Source: Azolla caroliniana (lineage: Eukaryota; Plantae; Polypodiophyta). From it: DNA of 18,978 nt. Below the pieces are notes generated by a model, which saw only the letters and a program-made list of their open reading frames with translations, made no database searches and had not been told where the DNA came from. The stretch lies in NCBI GenBank assembly GCA_043228905.1, contig JBHGNT010000621.1:1-18978 (forward strand), read 5' to 3'. A program made the translations under genes and the position numbers. This document shows, piece by piece, positions 1-11,397 of this stretch (positions are counted from its first letter, which is position 1; every line of letters begins with the position of its first letter).

Positions 1-620
1 CTCGCACAGCACTACTAACACATGATTACACAAATTGGATTGAGAAATGAAGAATTTCTCGTAAGTCTAGACACGCAGTATTAAGGGGAGTTTTATTAAC
101 ATTGTTAGCGAACGCCGGGCGATAATTATATTTGGTTCGGTAACTAAAATATTACTGTTATCCCATCGGTAAAAACCTGTACTACTTATTGATTTTTTTT
201 TGTATTGTATAAGTTAAATAAATTCTCCACAAATATTAGAACATGCATTCCATTCATTTAGCGACCAGTCCCTTTTTGATTGATTTATTATATCTAAATC
301 TGCAAAATCAAAACTCGTAACGACATCTATCGGTAGTCCAAGGTAGTTCAAAAGGTAAGCAGGGAATAAATTGCTGGATAAACGGGAATGGTGTCCCATG
401 ACGGATAATGGAAAGAGGGCGGGTGAATATGTTATTCAACATTTTTAAATATATTTTATTGAAAAGCATTAAAGGAAATTTAATAGTTTTAAATATTTCA
501 GGGTATTACTTTTTTTAATTAGTTTCATAAGCTTATATGTAAACGCTTAAGTATTTCAAAGTACTGTATTATTATAAAATTCCAAGTAGAAAGCTTAGTG
601 ATGTTAAGATCTATATCTGA

Positions 621-808
621 TTTCACCCCAACGACATCTTTCGACCTGCTTGGAACTATGTCAGTTCTCATCAGGCAAACTAGTCGAAGGATGAATATCT
701 CTGAAAAATTCTCATACTTAACCAATCTTTTTTGGCACTAAGCCATCAAAATAAGACCGACACGCCATCTACTATTAGAGGTAGAAATCACAGGGCGAGA
801 CCGGTATC
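621..808 (-). mobile_element. Copy of hammerhead-bearing dispersed repeat (Penelope-like/retrozyme-like), ribozyme degenerate
   Basis: Minus strand of 631-688 reads TTCGACTAGTTTGC-CTGATGA-GAACTGACATAGTTC-CAAG-CAGGTC-GAAAG; GAAA is mutated to CAAG. The plus strand then continues with the family blocks CATACTTAACCAA...GGCA and CGCCATCTAC...GGTAGAAATCA, also seen at 15.5 kb and 16.5-17.3 kb. Confidence 0.8.
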
Positions 809-2899
809 AATAAGACTTTTTTTCACCTCTTTCTAATTGAGCTAGGGACTTGATTTTTGTTTAGTTTTGTAGATATTTTTACGACTCATTATCCAAAAAA
901 AAAGTTTGGATCTATAGATCCGTTTGTTCGGGCGTGACAGGCTGTCTAAAACAGCAAAAGTAGAAGTTTTGAAAAAAAAAATCACATTTTTATTAATATT
1001 GCGCGTGGAGGTCCAAAATTTTAAATGGAACCTAAACTCACCCCCGGGTTTAATTTGGGTAAAATGTAACAAAATACCCACTTAAGGTCCTTTAAAATAT
1101 GAAATTAATAACCTGGCGAACAACCCTTATCATTTATTTTAAAATTCCGTTTATTTATTCTGGTTTATTGACAGTTCATTATAATCAAGCCAAGTTTGCA
1201 AAAACCGATAAAATTAAAAAAAAAAGCTCCAAGGTATTTTAAAACAAAAATATATGTAAATACTTTGCTTGCGGACCAAATTAATTAAAGGCAAATACGT
1301 TCCGGTTGGATTAATTTAAAATATTATATTGCTCCGAATAGGCGCAATTTGAACTAGTCAAACGAAATACCAAATTAAAAAAAAATTGATTTATTGTAGT
1401 TTAAAAGTTTCTAGGTCAGTTTTCAAGAGGTTCAGTATAAACATTTGGTTTTTAAAAAAATAATGACATTTTTAAAATCATTTAATTTTGTACTTTGTGT
1501 TTGCTTATATTACCGCTTTTGTCCTTTTATACTCTCGTTAAATTTTTAGTATATCGATTATTTTTCATTTTATTCATGAGTGGAATTTAAAATCGAAAAG
1601 AAGCGATTGCGCATAAATTAAATAACTATAAAAAAATCGTAGTTTTGAAACTCCAGAAAAAAGTCTCCAATTGAACCTCATTAAAATCATATATACACAA
1701 AAAAGAGGTTCAATTTTTAAATTAAGCAGACCCCAAAGATTCGATTTTTTTGTTTTTGTAGACATATAGGGACTCGATGAAACGAAAAAACGACACTAAA
1801 AAGAGACCTACATATAAATTTTTGTAGTATATAGCTTGCAAGAGAATGAGATAGAACACAGTTATATTCGAGATTATTTAAACGCTCAAAGATGGCGTAA
1901 CGAAACAGCGACATCTACGAAAAGAGTCCCGAAGTGGCAAGATTTAAAAAATTAAAATTGTAGATCGCTTGACTGACTTTGAAAATCAGTGCAACCACAG
2001 ACCTATAGAGAGCCTTTTTTTATCTGGTGGTTAATAATTGTGTAATACAAAAGTGCGTCTGAGGGTCACACGCGATAGAAGCGAAACCTTCTGTAAAACA
2101 AACTGAGAAAGAATTACACGAAGACAGTATTACGAGCGGAATAATTATATGCTCATTACTATATTGCTATAAAGATCATTTGAATTTATGCACTTTTGAG
2201 AATTTTTTTTATAATGATACCGTTGGATATTACAAATTAATGTGAAATAACATTTTCCACGATATTGTAATACTTAAGCCGTTGATAATTTAATTTTTAT
2301 TTGGTTTTTAAACGACGAGAACGTTGTTGTAAAATACCTGCTTTACTTTAACGCGCATCCAAAATAAATTAATATTTCCTCCCCATAATCACCCCCGTAG
2401 AAGGGCGAGGAACCCCGCCGCGTTTTCCGATCCAAGAAGGGAAACGAAAAGATTTATTTTGATGATGACACTTTGATTTTCTCACAACAATAATAATTAA
2501 AACAAAGGTTTTGTTTCGTCGAACAATGAGTTTAGAGCTTGCATTGTTTGCGTTATTTACTACGTGACAGACCGAATAGAAACGCGGGATAGGTTAGAAT
2601 AATTCCGTGGCGAAATCTCAAACTTTGTCTTGTATCGGTTGAATAGTAGATATAATAGTATATGACGTTTCGTGGTTCGTTATATGCGGTTTTTTTCACA
2701 TCTAACCAGGAATTTCATTTGTTGTTTGTGGACTTTAAAAAAGCCTTTAAGAGAGTACCTCTGGTAAAATTATGGAAAGCTCAATGTGTAATAATGTAAG
2801 AAAAACAAAAGTTGCAAATAACTTAACAACTAGATTTACGGTGACAAAGGGAATCATATAAGGATGTTGTGTATCTTTCTGAATGTAACCAGAAAGGAC

Positions 2900-4113
2900 T
2901 ACTTAAAAATGCATAACTTTTTGTTGGGCCCCATTAGAATGTTAACATTGTGGAGATTCAAAGAAAACAAACGCGTCTACAATATACTATAAGTTGGTTT
3001 GCCTATCGTGACTGGAAATATTTTTTTTGAGCATTTAAAGTCAACCTTTTATATCTTTATCTATATAAAACAGACATGTTGTCACTTAAAAAGTCATAAC
3101 TATTTGTTGAGCCCCAATAGAATGTTAATATTGTGGTGATTCAAAGAAAACAGATGCGTCTACAACATACTATAAGTTGGTTTGCCTATCGTGACTGGAA
3201 ATATTTTTTTTGAGCATTTAAAGTCAACCTTTTTTAACTTTATTTATATAAAAAAAATACGTTGTCACTTAAAAATTCATAATTTTTTGTTGAGCCCCAA
3301 TAGAATATTAATATTGTGGTGATTCAAAGAAAACGGATGCGTCTACAACATACTATAAGTTGGTGTGCCTATCGTGACTGGAAATATTTTTTTTGAGCAT
3401 TTAAAGTGAACCTTTTATATCTTTATCTATATAAAACAAACATGTTGTCACTTAAAAATTTATATCTTTTTGTTCAGCCCCAATAGGATGTTAATATTGT
3501 GGTGATTCAAAGAAAACGGATGCGTCTACAACATACTATAAGTTGGTTTGCCTATCGTGACTGGAAATATTTTTTTTGAGCATTTAAAGTCAACCTTTTG
3601 TATCTTTATTTATATAAAAAAAACATGTAGTCACTTAAAAATTCACAACTTTTTTTTGAGCTCCCATAGAATGTTAATATTGTAATGACTCAAAGAAAAC
3701 AGATGCGTCTACAATATACTATAAGTTGGTTTGCCTATCGTGACTGGAAATATTTTTTTTGAGCATTTAAAGTCAACCTTTCATAACAAAAAAAACATGT
3801 TGTCACTTAAAAATTCATAATTTTTTGTTGAGCCCCAATAGAATGTTAATATTGTGGTGATTCAAAGAAAACAGATGCGTCTACAATATACTATAAGTTG
3901 GTTTGCCCATTGTGACTGGAAATATATTTTTTGAGCATTTAAAGTAAAGCTTTTATATCTTTATTTATATAAAAAAACATGTTGTCACTTAAAAAGTCAT
4001 AACTATTTGTTTAGCCCCAATAGAATGTTAATACTGTGATGATTCAAAGAAAACAGATGCGTCTGCAACATACTATAAGTTGGTTTGCCTATCGTGACTG
4101 GAAATATTTTTTT
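2900..4113. repeat. Satellite A: tandem array of about 7 copies of a ~183-bp monomer
   Basis: Anchor GCGTCT recurs at 2973, 3156, 3339, 3522, 3705, 3877 and 4059 (spacings 183,183,183,183,172,182). Confidence 0.97.
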
Positions 4114-4899
4114 TACCTTTGACAAGCTATCTCTGGTACATAGCACAATAATTAAATTAAAAATTGTATTTAATTAAACTAAATGTTGATCGAAATTGAG
4201 TCAAATAAGCATTTTTTTTTTGTTTTATAAACCGAAATTTCGTAAATGCATCAAACGGCTTATATCCAGTGTTTTGCAATAATGCGGAGGATTAGGCTGA
4301 TAAATTTATTGTTGGATTTGTAGGAGCAATTTAACGTTCGGATAAATCCCTGTTTCCAACACTCGCGGCTAAACAATTTAAACCTGGATATTAGAGTAAA
4401 CAATATCGTTTTTCTTTCTGCTAATAAAAAATACGTCGGTGCATTTTTTAATGTAAATAAAATCAATCTAATGATTAGTCGAAACATAACAAATCTAAAA
4501 CAACGAAAATATTTAATTATTACAGATGCTTTAATCTAATTAAAATTACACATTATGATATTAAATATTTATTGAATGATATTCGACGAATTCAAATAAT
4601 TTTGGCGATGAAACAAATTAAAATTGTTTAATTAATAAAGGTTTTTTTGAGTTTTGAATTTAATATAGGTTAAATAAATAAAACAATGCGTAATTTTAAA
4701 TTTTGATATGTGACGAAATAGTTTCATTTTAATTTAATGGGAGTATATGTAATATCATCATTTCAAATCCTTTCCTTCGGAAATCCCTTAAATCCAGTAA
4801 ATGTATCTCATATTTGTGAATATTCGTCAACTAACTTTAAATTTCGTACAAAAATAACATAAGTAATATGTTGCTCTGTTACTTTTTATGTATATTTTA

Positions 4900-5222
4900 A
4901 AAATTATTTGAATTTCGATACTAGACTCAGTATTTTAAAACAAGCTAACCGTATATCACATATATATGGTAGCTCAAAAGTAAAGTCGTGATTTATTGCC
5001 ATTTTCTTATGAGTAAAAAACTTTATTTATTAATTAATAAATTCGCAGCATTTTTAATTGTTGGTCGCAAAACATCCGTCATTCAATTTGACAATTTCCA
5101 TAGTCAAAACAAAAAATCTCGTGCTGTTAGATCCGGCGATATAGACGGCCAGTTAAAATATCCAAATCACTCGACCTTTAAATACTTGTTTTAAAATATT
5201 TATGGTTTTTAGAGCTGTGTAA
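4900..5222 (-). pseudogene. Decayed C-terminal remnant of a Tc1/mariner (DD41D/rosa-like) transposase
   Basis: Minus-strand translation gives TALKTINILKQVFKGRVI, then after a frameshift NWPSISPDLTARDF. This resembles the HTA...FPGRVIS...WPPRSPDLTPLDFFLWG block of DD41D-type transposases. Stops and frameshifts are present; the left boundary is uncertain. Confidence 0.65.
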
Positions 5223-5284
5223 AACCAACAATTATCCAGAAATAATGCAGTAACTTATGATATTCTTAATACAATGAAAAGCAT

Positions 5285-7924
5285 GCGCCATCTAGCGGTA
5301 GAGACAAAAAACCTAACTGAAATAATTCAAAACAGGTCATAAAATGTCGGTTGATGAAATACATTTGGCTTATATTTGACAAAAATTCATTTTAATATAC
5401 TTCTAATGGTAATATGTTCAATTTTTTACTGTTTAATTTAAAATATTTTCGTTAAAAAAATCACTTTTACACTTCCGAAGAACCTACAACTTGACCGAAA
5501 GTTAAAGTAAAAAACAGGATACAAATGTCTTTTTTTACATAGTTTAAAATACAAACTGATGGTATATTGTGGTAAACACGAGATTTTAAAGATTTCCAAA
5601 AGAAGAAGTCCAGTACTCTTAGATCTGGGAATCTGGATGGCCAGTTGATACACATACTCGTTTTAAAATCACGGAGATTTTTACAACATAATGAGACCCA
5701 TGCGTCCTGATATAGTTCAAAACCGGTCATAAAATGTCGGTTGATGAAATAAATTTGACCTATATTTAACAAAAATTAATTTTCCATTTTCCAATTTCTA
5801 TTTCCAAAAGAAGAAGTCCTGTACTCTTAGATCTGGGAATCTGGATGGCCAGTTGATACACATACTCGTTTTAAAATCACGGATATTTTTACAACATAAT
5901 GAGACCCATGCGTCCTGATATAGTTCAAAACCGGTCATAAAATGTCGGTTGATGAAATAAATTTGGCCTATATTTGACAAAAATTCATATTCCATTTTCC
6001 AATTTCCATTTCCAAAAGAAGAAGTCCCGTACTCTTAGATCTGGGAATCTGGATGGCCAGTTGATACACATACTCGTTTTAAAATCACGGAGATTTTTAC
6101 AACATAATGAGACCCATGCGTCCTGATATAGTTCAAAACCGGTCATAAAATGTCGGTTGATGAAATAAATTTGACCTATATTTAACAAAAATTAATTTTC
6201 CACTTTCCAATTTCTATTTCCAAAAGAAGAAGTCCTGTACTCTTAGATCTGGGAATCTGGATGGCCAGTTGATACACATACTCGTTTTAAAATCACGGAG
6301 ATTTTTACAACATAATGAGACCCATGCGTCCTGATATAGTTCAAAACCGGTCATAAAATGTCGGTTGATGAAATAAATTTGGCCTATATTTGACAAAAAT
6401 TCATATTCCATTTTCCAATTTCCATTTCCAAAAGAAGAAGTCCCGTACTCTTAGATCTGGGAGTCTGGATGGCCAGTTGATGCAAATACTCGTTTTAAAA
6501 TCACGGAGATTTTTGCAACATAATGAGACCCATGCGTCCTGATATAGTTTAAAACCGGTCATAAAATGTCGGTTGATGAAATAAATTTGGCCTATATTTG
6601 ACAAAAAATTAATTTTCCATTTTCCAATTTCTATTTCCAAAAGAAGAAGTCCAGTACTCTTGGATCTGGGAGTCAGGTTTTTGTATATTGTGGTAAACAC
6701 AAGGTTTTAAAGATTTCCAAAAGAAGAAGTCCAGTACTCTTAGATCTGGGAGTCTGGATGGCCAGTTGATGCAAATACTCGGCTTAAAATCACGGAGATT
6801 TTTACAACATAATGAGACCCATGCGCCCTCTACCGGTAGCGGCAAAAAACCTAACTGATATAGTTCAAAACCGGTCATAAAATGTCGGTTGATAAAATAA
6901 ATTTGGCCTATATTTGACAAAAATTCATTTTAATATACTTCTAATGGTAATATGTCCAATTTTTTATTGTTTAATTTAAAATATTTTCGTTGAAAAAATC
7001 ACTTTTACACTTCCAAAGAACCTACAACTTGACCGAAAGTTAAAGTAAAAAACAGGATACAATTGTCTTTAATTACATAGTTTAAAACACAAACTGATGA
7101 TATGTTGTGATAATCACGAGATTTTAAAGATTTCCAAAAGAAGAAGTCCAGTACTCTTAGATCTGGGAGTCTAGATGGCCAGTTGATGCAAATACTCGTT
7201 TTAAAATCACGGAGATTTTTGCAACATAACGAGACCCATGCGTCCTGATATAGTTCAAAACAGGTCATAAAATGTCGGTTGATGAAATAAATTTGACCTA
7301 TATTTGACAAAAATTAATTTTCCAATTTCCATTTCCAAAAGAAGTCCCGTACTCTTAGATCTGGGAATCTGGATGGCCAGTTGATGGAAATACTTGTTTT
7401 AAAATCATGGACATTTTTGCAATACAATGAGACCCATGCGCCCTCTACTGGTAGCGACAGAAAACCTAACTGATATAGTTCAAAACCGGCCATAAAATGT
7501 CGTTTGAAGAAATGAATTTGGCCTATATTTGACAAAAATTAATTTTAATACACTTTTTATGATGATGTGCCCAATTATTTACTGGTTGATTTAAAGTATA
7601 GACAAATTTATATTACAGTTAAAATTAAAATAAAAAAAAATAGGATACAATTGTCTTTTTTTACATTGTTTAAAACACAAACTGATGGTATGTTGTGTTA
7701 AACAGGAGATTTTAAAAAAGTCACGTTTTGTTAGATCTGGCAATCTGAAGGACCAGTTTAAATATTCACATATGTTTTTGTATCAAAATTTTAATACTTT
7801 TTCGAGCTGTGTGTAATTAACAAATATCGACAAAACAACTCTTTTGTTAGCATAATTAGACGGCAGGCGTCACCTATGGGTAACGGTAGAAAACCGTTCT
7901 GTTATAGTTCGAGACCGGCCACAA
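5285..7924. repeat. Composite tandem array with a 208-bp core unit: transposase fragment (-) fused to hammerhead 3' half (+)
   Basis: Anchor GAGACCCATG at 5693, 5901, 6109, 6317, 6525, 6814, 7231 and 7429, with more diverged units at both ends. Each unit encodes INWPSR[F/L]PDLRVxDFFFW on the minus strand and contains CTGATATAGTTCAAAACCGGTCATAAAATGTCGGTTGATGAAAT on the plus strand. Confidence 0.95.
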
Positions 7925-7949
7925 GGCAGTGGTATCAACGCAGAGTACT
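7923..7949 (+). other. SMART / PacBio ultra-low-input amplification adapter (library artefact)
   Basis: AAGGCAGTGGTATCAACGCAGAGTACT versus adapter AAGCAGTGGTATCAACGCAGAGTACT: 24 consecutive identical bases at 7926-7949. Confidence 0.95.
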
Positions 7950-8758
7950 ACCAAACATTAATCAAATTTTAATTTAAATAATATTTGTGGTAACTTTATA
8001 TTAACCGTTGCAAAAACTCCAACTTATTGGATAGTTTCATGAGGGATCGAGATAAGATGCAATGTCATTATATTGTTCCTTCAGGGATTATTTCCGCAGA
8101 TGATTTTGATTGGGGCATGAAGTTACGACAAATCCTTGGGAATGCTCGGGACTTTTCGGAAAGAATGATTGAATTCAGAATCCGCGCGGTTTGTTGGGAA
8201 AAAGAAACATTGTCTTTATAGCCATTGGCTTCGTACGGGGGAGAGTATTTGCTGGTAACAATATTACTGGTTATTATAAGATTTTTAAACCAAAATTTAC
8301 ATAAACCGTTTGATAAAGGACAGTGGTCACAAAGAGACGCAAAACAGTACTAAAAAAACAAAGAAAACTAACAATGAAAATGGGACGAAAAAAATCTTGA
8401 AAAAATATCAATTTAATGGAAAATGGCTTTTACGTTTTCATTAAACGCGGGGCTGCAAATAATTATAATGAAAGCTCTTCGCCGCACTCAATTGATTTCG
8501 AGCCGCTATATATTATGAAACTGTCTTTAATGTGCGAGTTGAGTGGAGCAAACGCCGAAAGTAATTTACTAAAACAATATGGTCCCGCTTGCGCTCCCAT
8601 AGAGCTCACTCTAAGTAAATTATTGCAAATAGTTTAAAGTAAGTAATGGCGCCCATAAATTGAGTATTCTATGCCAAATAACGGCTATTTTAATTTAGTT
8701 TGAAATAAAAAGCGATAACCATTAAATAGAGGCTTCAATTGAATTCGGAATAAAAAAC

Positions 8759-9362
8759 TTACAGACGTGCCTCGACGAAAATGTGTTGCAATCATTGGGA
8801 ATGTTGTGCTCTATAATTAAGCGGAATCATATATTGGAAATGTTTCATCCAACGACATCGTTTCGAACTATATCAGTTCTCATCAGGCAAGCTAGTTGAA
8901 TAACGAATATTTACTTTAATTCTCATAACTTAAATAATATTTGATAGCATTAAGCAATACATCTAAACGAACGCGACATCTTCCGGTAGCGATAGAAAAT
9001 CGTAACGCTAACAAGGTTCAACTGAAAAGTCTCACAGATATGCTTCGATAAAAATGTGTTGTAAACAGTTTGTATATTTGGCTCCATTTTTGAGCAAAGA
9101 GATTCAAATAACTAAAGTTTGGTTAAGTAAATTTATATTTTAGAGACTACAACCATTAAAACTGTTCTCTTTAGACAACAAAAGTTATTAAAATACTGTT
9201 GAACAAAACAAATAAAGAACTCACAGACGTGCCTCGACGAACATGTGTTGCAAACAATAGGAATGTTGGGCTCCATACTTGAGTGGGAACATTAATATTC
9301 GAGTTTGGTAAACCAAACATATAATTGAAATGTTTCATCCAACAACATCTTACGACCGGTTT
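8759..9362 (-). mobile_element. Two partial copies of the hammerhead-bearing repeat with a triplicated flanking block
   Basis: 8851-8900 (-): CTTGC-CTGATGA-GAACTGATATAGTTC-GAAAC, with the cleavage-site segment deleted. 9331-9362 (-): AAACCGGTCGTAAGATGTTGTTGGATGAAACA, the 3' half only. Block ACAGACGTGCCTCGACGAA.ATGTGTTGCAA recurs near 8760, 9033 (diverged) and 9223. Confidence 0.8.
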
Positions 9363-9894
9363 ATAATATATACGATATCGATAAATAAAATACGAAAAAG
9401 AACAATGGATGTTTAACAATTTCTTTAAAAATCATTTACAGCGCGAATTTTTCCATTTTTTACTTTATATATCCATTGAACCCTCAAGTTTAATAAACTA
9501 TGGTTTCTTTTTGTTCTTACAAATCTCGTCCGACAAAAAGCGCAAAAAGGGTCAGGACATAAAAAAAGGCATTTTAATTAGGTCAGTCCTCTGCAAATAT
9601 TAACTCAAGCGCTTAATCTTTAACCCCCCTAATCTAAATTCAAACAGATAGAACAAATAAATTGTTCGCGAGCTTATTCGGGATCGATTTTTAAATTGTG
9701 TGTGTTCGTAAAAAAAGCCAGGCGGTGTTAGACGATAAGTACCTACTTTTGCTTGTGTTTTAAATTAAAAAGATCAAGGCAAAGAATTATAAATATATAA
9801 AAAAGTTAAGCCTTAATGGATCTAAGAAAAATATATTTCAATATTTTTGTTATTCTGAGTTCGAATGCATGAAAGATGCCAGATATATGTTCTT

Positions 9895-10125
9895 TTAATT
9901 CTGAAAATTTTCATATATCATTGTGTCACTTGGAGCTCTAAAAAAGTATTTTTGATTAAAATGGGTCATTTATATTTTAATATGTTAAATATGCAACATT
10001 TTTACACAGATTGACTCAAACTAGACGTTTTTATATGCCTTCCTAATAAGGTTATGAATTTTTCTTTGATATCGTGTTTAAGGGTTAGAAATTTTAAATA
10101 TAATTATGTCACTTTAGAGCACTAA
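9895..10125. repeat. Diverged satellite B monomers, left of the LINE insertion
   Basis: GTCACTT.GGAGCTCTAAAAA..TATTTTTGATTAAA...ATTGACTCAAACTAGAC...AAGGTTATGAATTTT matches the 184-bp monomer at 12.6-14.9 kb. Confidence 0.9.
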
Positions 10126-11397
10126 TAATAATAAAAGCGGAGAGGGGTGCAAAAGCACCTACAGAACCTGGGCATGAGCCCTTTGTTCCCTCTTAGGCAT
10201 TGCCGCGATAGTCATTCCCCATTTACTGGTACCGTGAGAAGAGTTCGCAGAAACCTATCCCTCAGCACCAGAGGTCGTGTATCGCACCGTTACTACGTAA
10301 ACAGCGATTGTCATTCCCCCATTGCTGGCTCTAACGAAGGAAGCTCGAGGAGCTTCCTCGTGATCCAGGGTGCTCGACACATCGCACCGTCACATGAAGG
10401 ATATGGCATCAACAGGAGAGTCCACTCCCCTCGAAATTGACTGTGAGTCAACCAGGGTCCATGGTGTCTCCTGTTTCTGTATGCTGGTAGCCGTTCAGAA
10501 GATTCCCGCCTCAGCAGGTATAATGTCCCTGCACAGACGGAGAATCCTTTTTGGTGTAAGGTTCCTTATTGTTTTAATCTCCTGCGGAAGATCCCCAAAT
10601 GCGGCAGCCCTCCCGGCCGAGAGAGCTCTGCACTCGCATAGCACGTGCATCGCCTCCTCGGCCTCTGTTTTACACCACCTGCATAAAGGTGACTCGACCA
10701 AATGAAGATTGAACATGTGTTTGTTGAGCGGTGCGTGGCCGGTAACCACCTGAACCAGGGCTCTGGCCTCGCAGCGCTTCAACTTTTTGAAATCTGTTTT
10801 CCATTCCGGGTGGAGGAGGGAGCCCAGGGCAGCCTTGGCTTGTCTGCCTGCACTCTCCCACCTCCGTCTGTGTTGTCCTTCGACCCAGTCTGCCAGAGAT
10901 TTCTTAACGATTTCTCGGGATGGACCGGGAGCGAAGCCCTGATATCGCTGACCTGCCCTAGAACCTAGCCTGGCCAGTCGGTCTGCCGCTACGTTCCCAC
11001 TTATGCCTATGTGTCCCGGAACCCAGTTCAGGTGTAGCTGGCAGAGCCCACCCAGTCTGTTTAGTGTCCGGGCACACTGAAGCACTACCTGCGAGTTAAT
11101 ACACACCCTGGATAGGGCCTGTAGGGCCGCATTACTGTCCGTACAAATGTGCACTAATCTGCCTCTTGTGTTGCCCTCGGCTAGTCTGTTCAGAATTATC
11201 TATGACCGCTAAGCGATAGGAACCTGTTAAAACCGCCTCTCCTGTTATATATTCCCATACCCACAGAGTTGCCACTTTTGGCTCCATCAGTGTACCAGAT
11301 GTCCCCGTTGCGCGGAAGGAGCTGGTCACCACTAATGGTCCACTCGGCTTTGCTGCTGAGGCTGACCCGGTACTTCTTATCGAAGACTGGGCATTGT
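10126..11397 (-). mobile_element. 5'-truncated non-LTR retrotransposon with RNase H and C-terminal CCHC zinc knuckle (LOA/Lian-like; clade tentative)
   Basis: GC-rich island flanked by a 7-bp TSD, GCACTAA, at 10119-10125 and 11398-11404. Short (TTA)n-type 3' tail on the minus strand near 10126-10136, ~370-bp 3' UTR, and coding remnants as listed in the next feature. Confidence 0.92.
10495..11390 (-). pseudogene. LINE ORF2 C-terminus (RNase H + zinc knuckle), frameshifted
   Basis: WYTDGAKSGNSVGMGIY in one frame. ICTDSNAALQAL...LNWVPGHIGISGNVAADRLA (RNase H) and CRWCKTEAEEAMHVLCEC (CCHC) in another. The usual ..QAE.. helix between them is missing at a frameshift near 11200. Confidence 0.9.

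Noticed and set aside
214-1914. Short minus-strand ORFs of 61-79 aa
   Set aside because: Lengths expected by chance and no motifs; the one at 525-725 simply overlaps the ribozyme repeat.
841-2030. Possible decayed DNA transposon/MITE (repeated GATTTTT..TTTTGTAGA.AT near 852 and 1743; inverted ATTGAACCTC/GAGGTTCAAT near 1670/1706)
   Set aside because: It has the texture of an old element, but I could not define termini or a TSD.
5693-6600. Active hammerheads in each 208-bp unit (retrozyme array)
   Set aside because: CUGAUGA and the 5' strand of helix I are missing and GAAA is AAAA, so no complete core can be drawn within the array.
5438-7535. Run of similar minus-strand ORFs suggesting a tandem gene family
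   Set aside because: They are translations of satellite monomers with non-ATG or arbitrary starts. Only the short WPSR.PDL..DFFFW block is transposase-derived, and part of the rest is the antisense of the ribozyme half.
10205-10390. HDV-like or twister ribozyme in the LINE UTR
   Set aside because: No P1/P1.1/P3 nested pseudoknot or twister consensus could be placed. Kept only as an unclassified structured motif.
10147-10968. Plus-strand ORFs (97, 111 and 88 aa)
   Set aside because: Antisense shadows of the GC-rich LINE, with no recognisable motifs.
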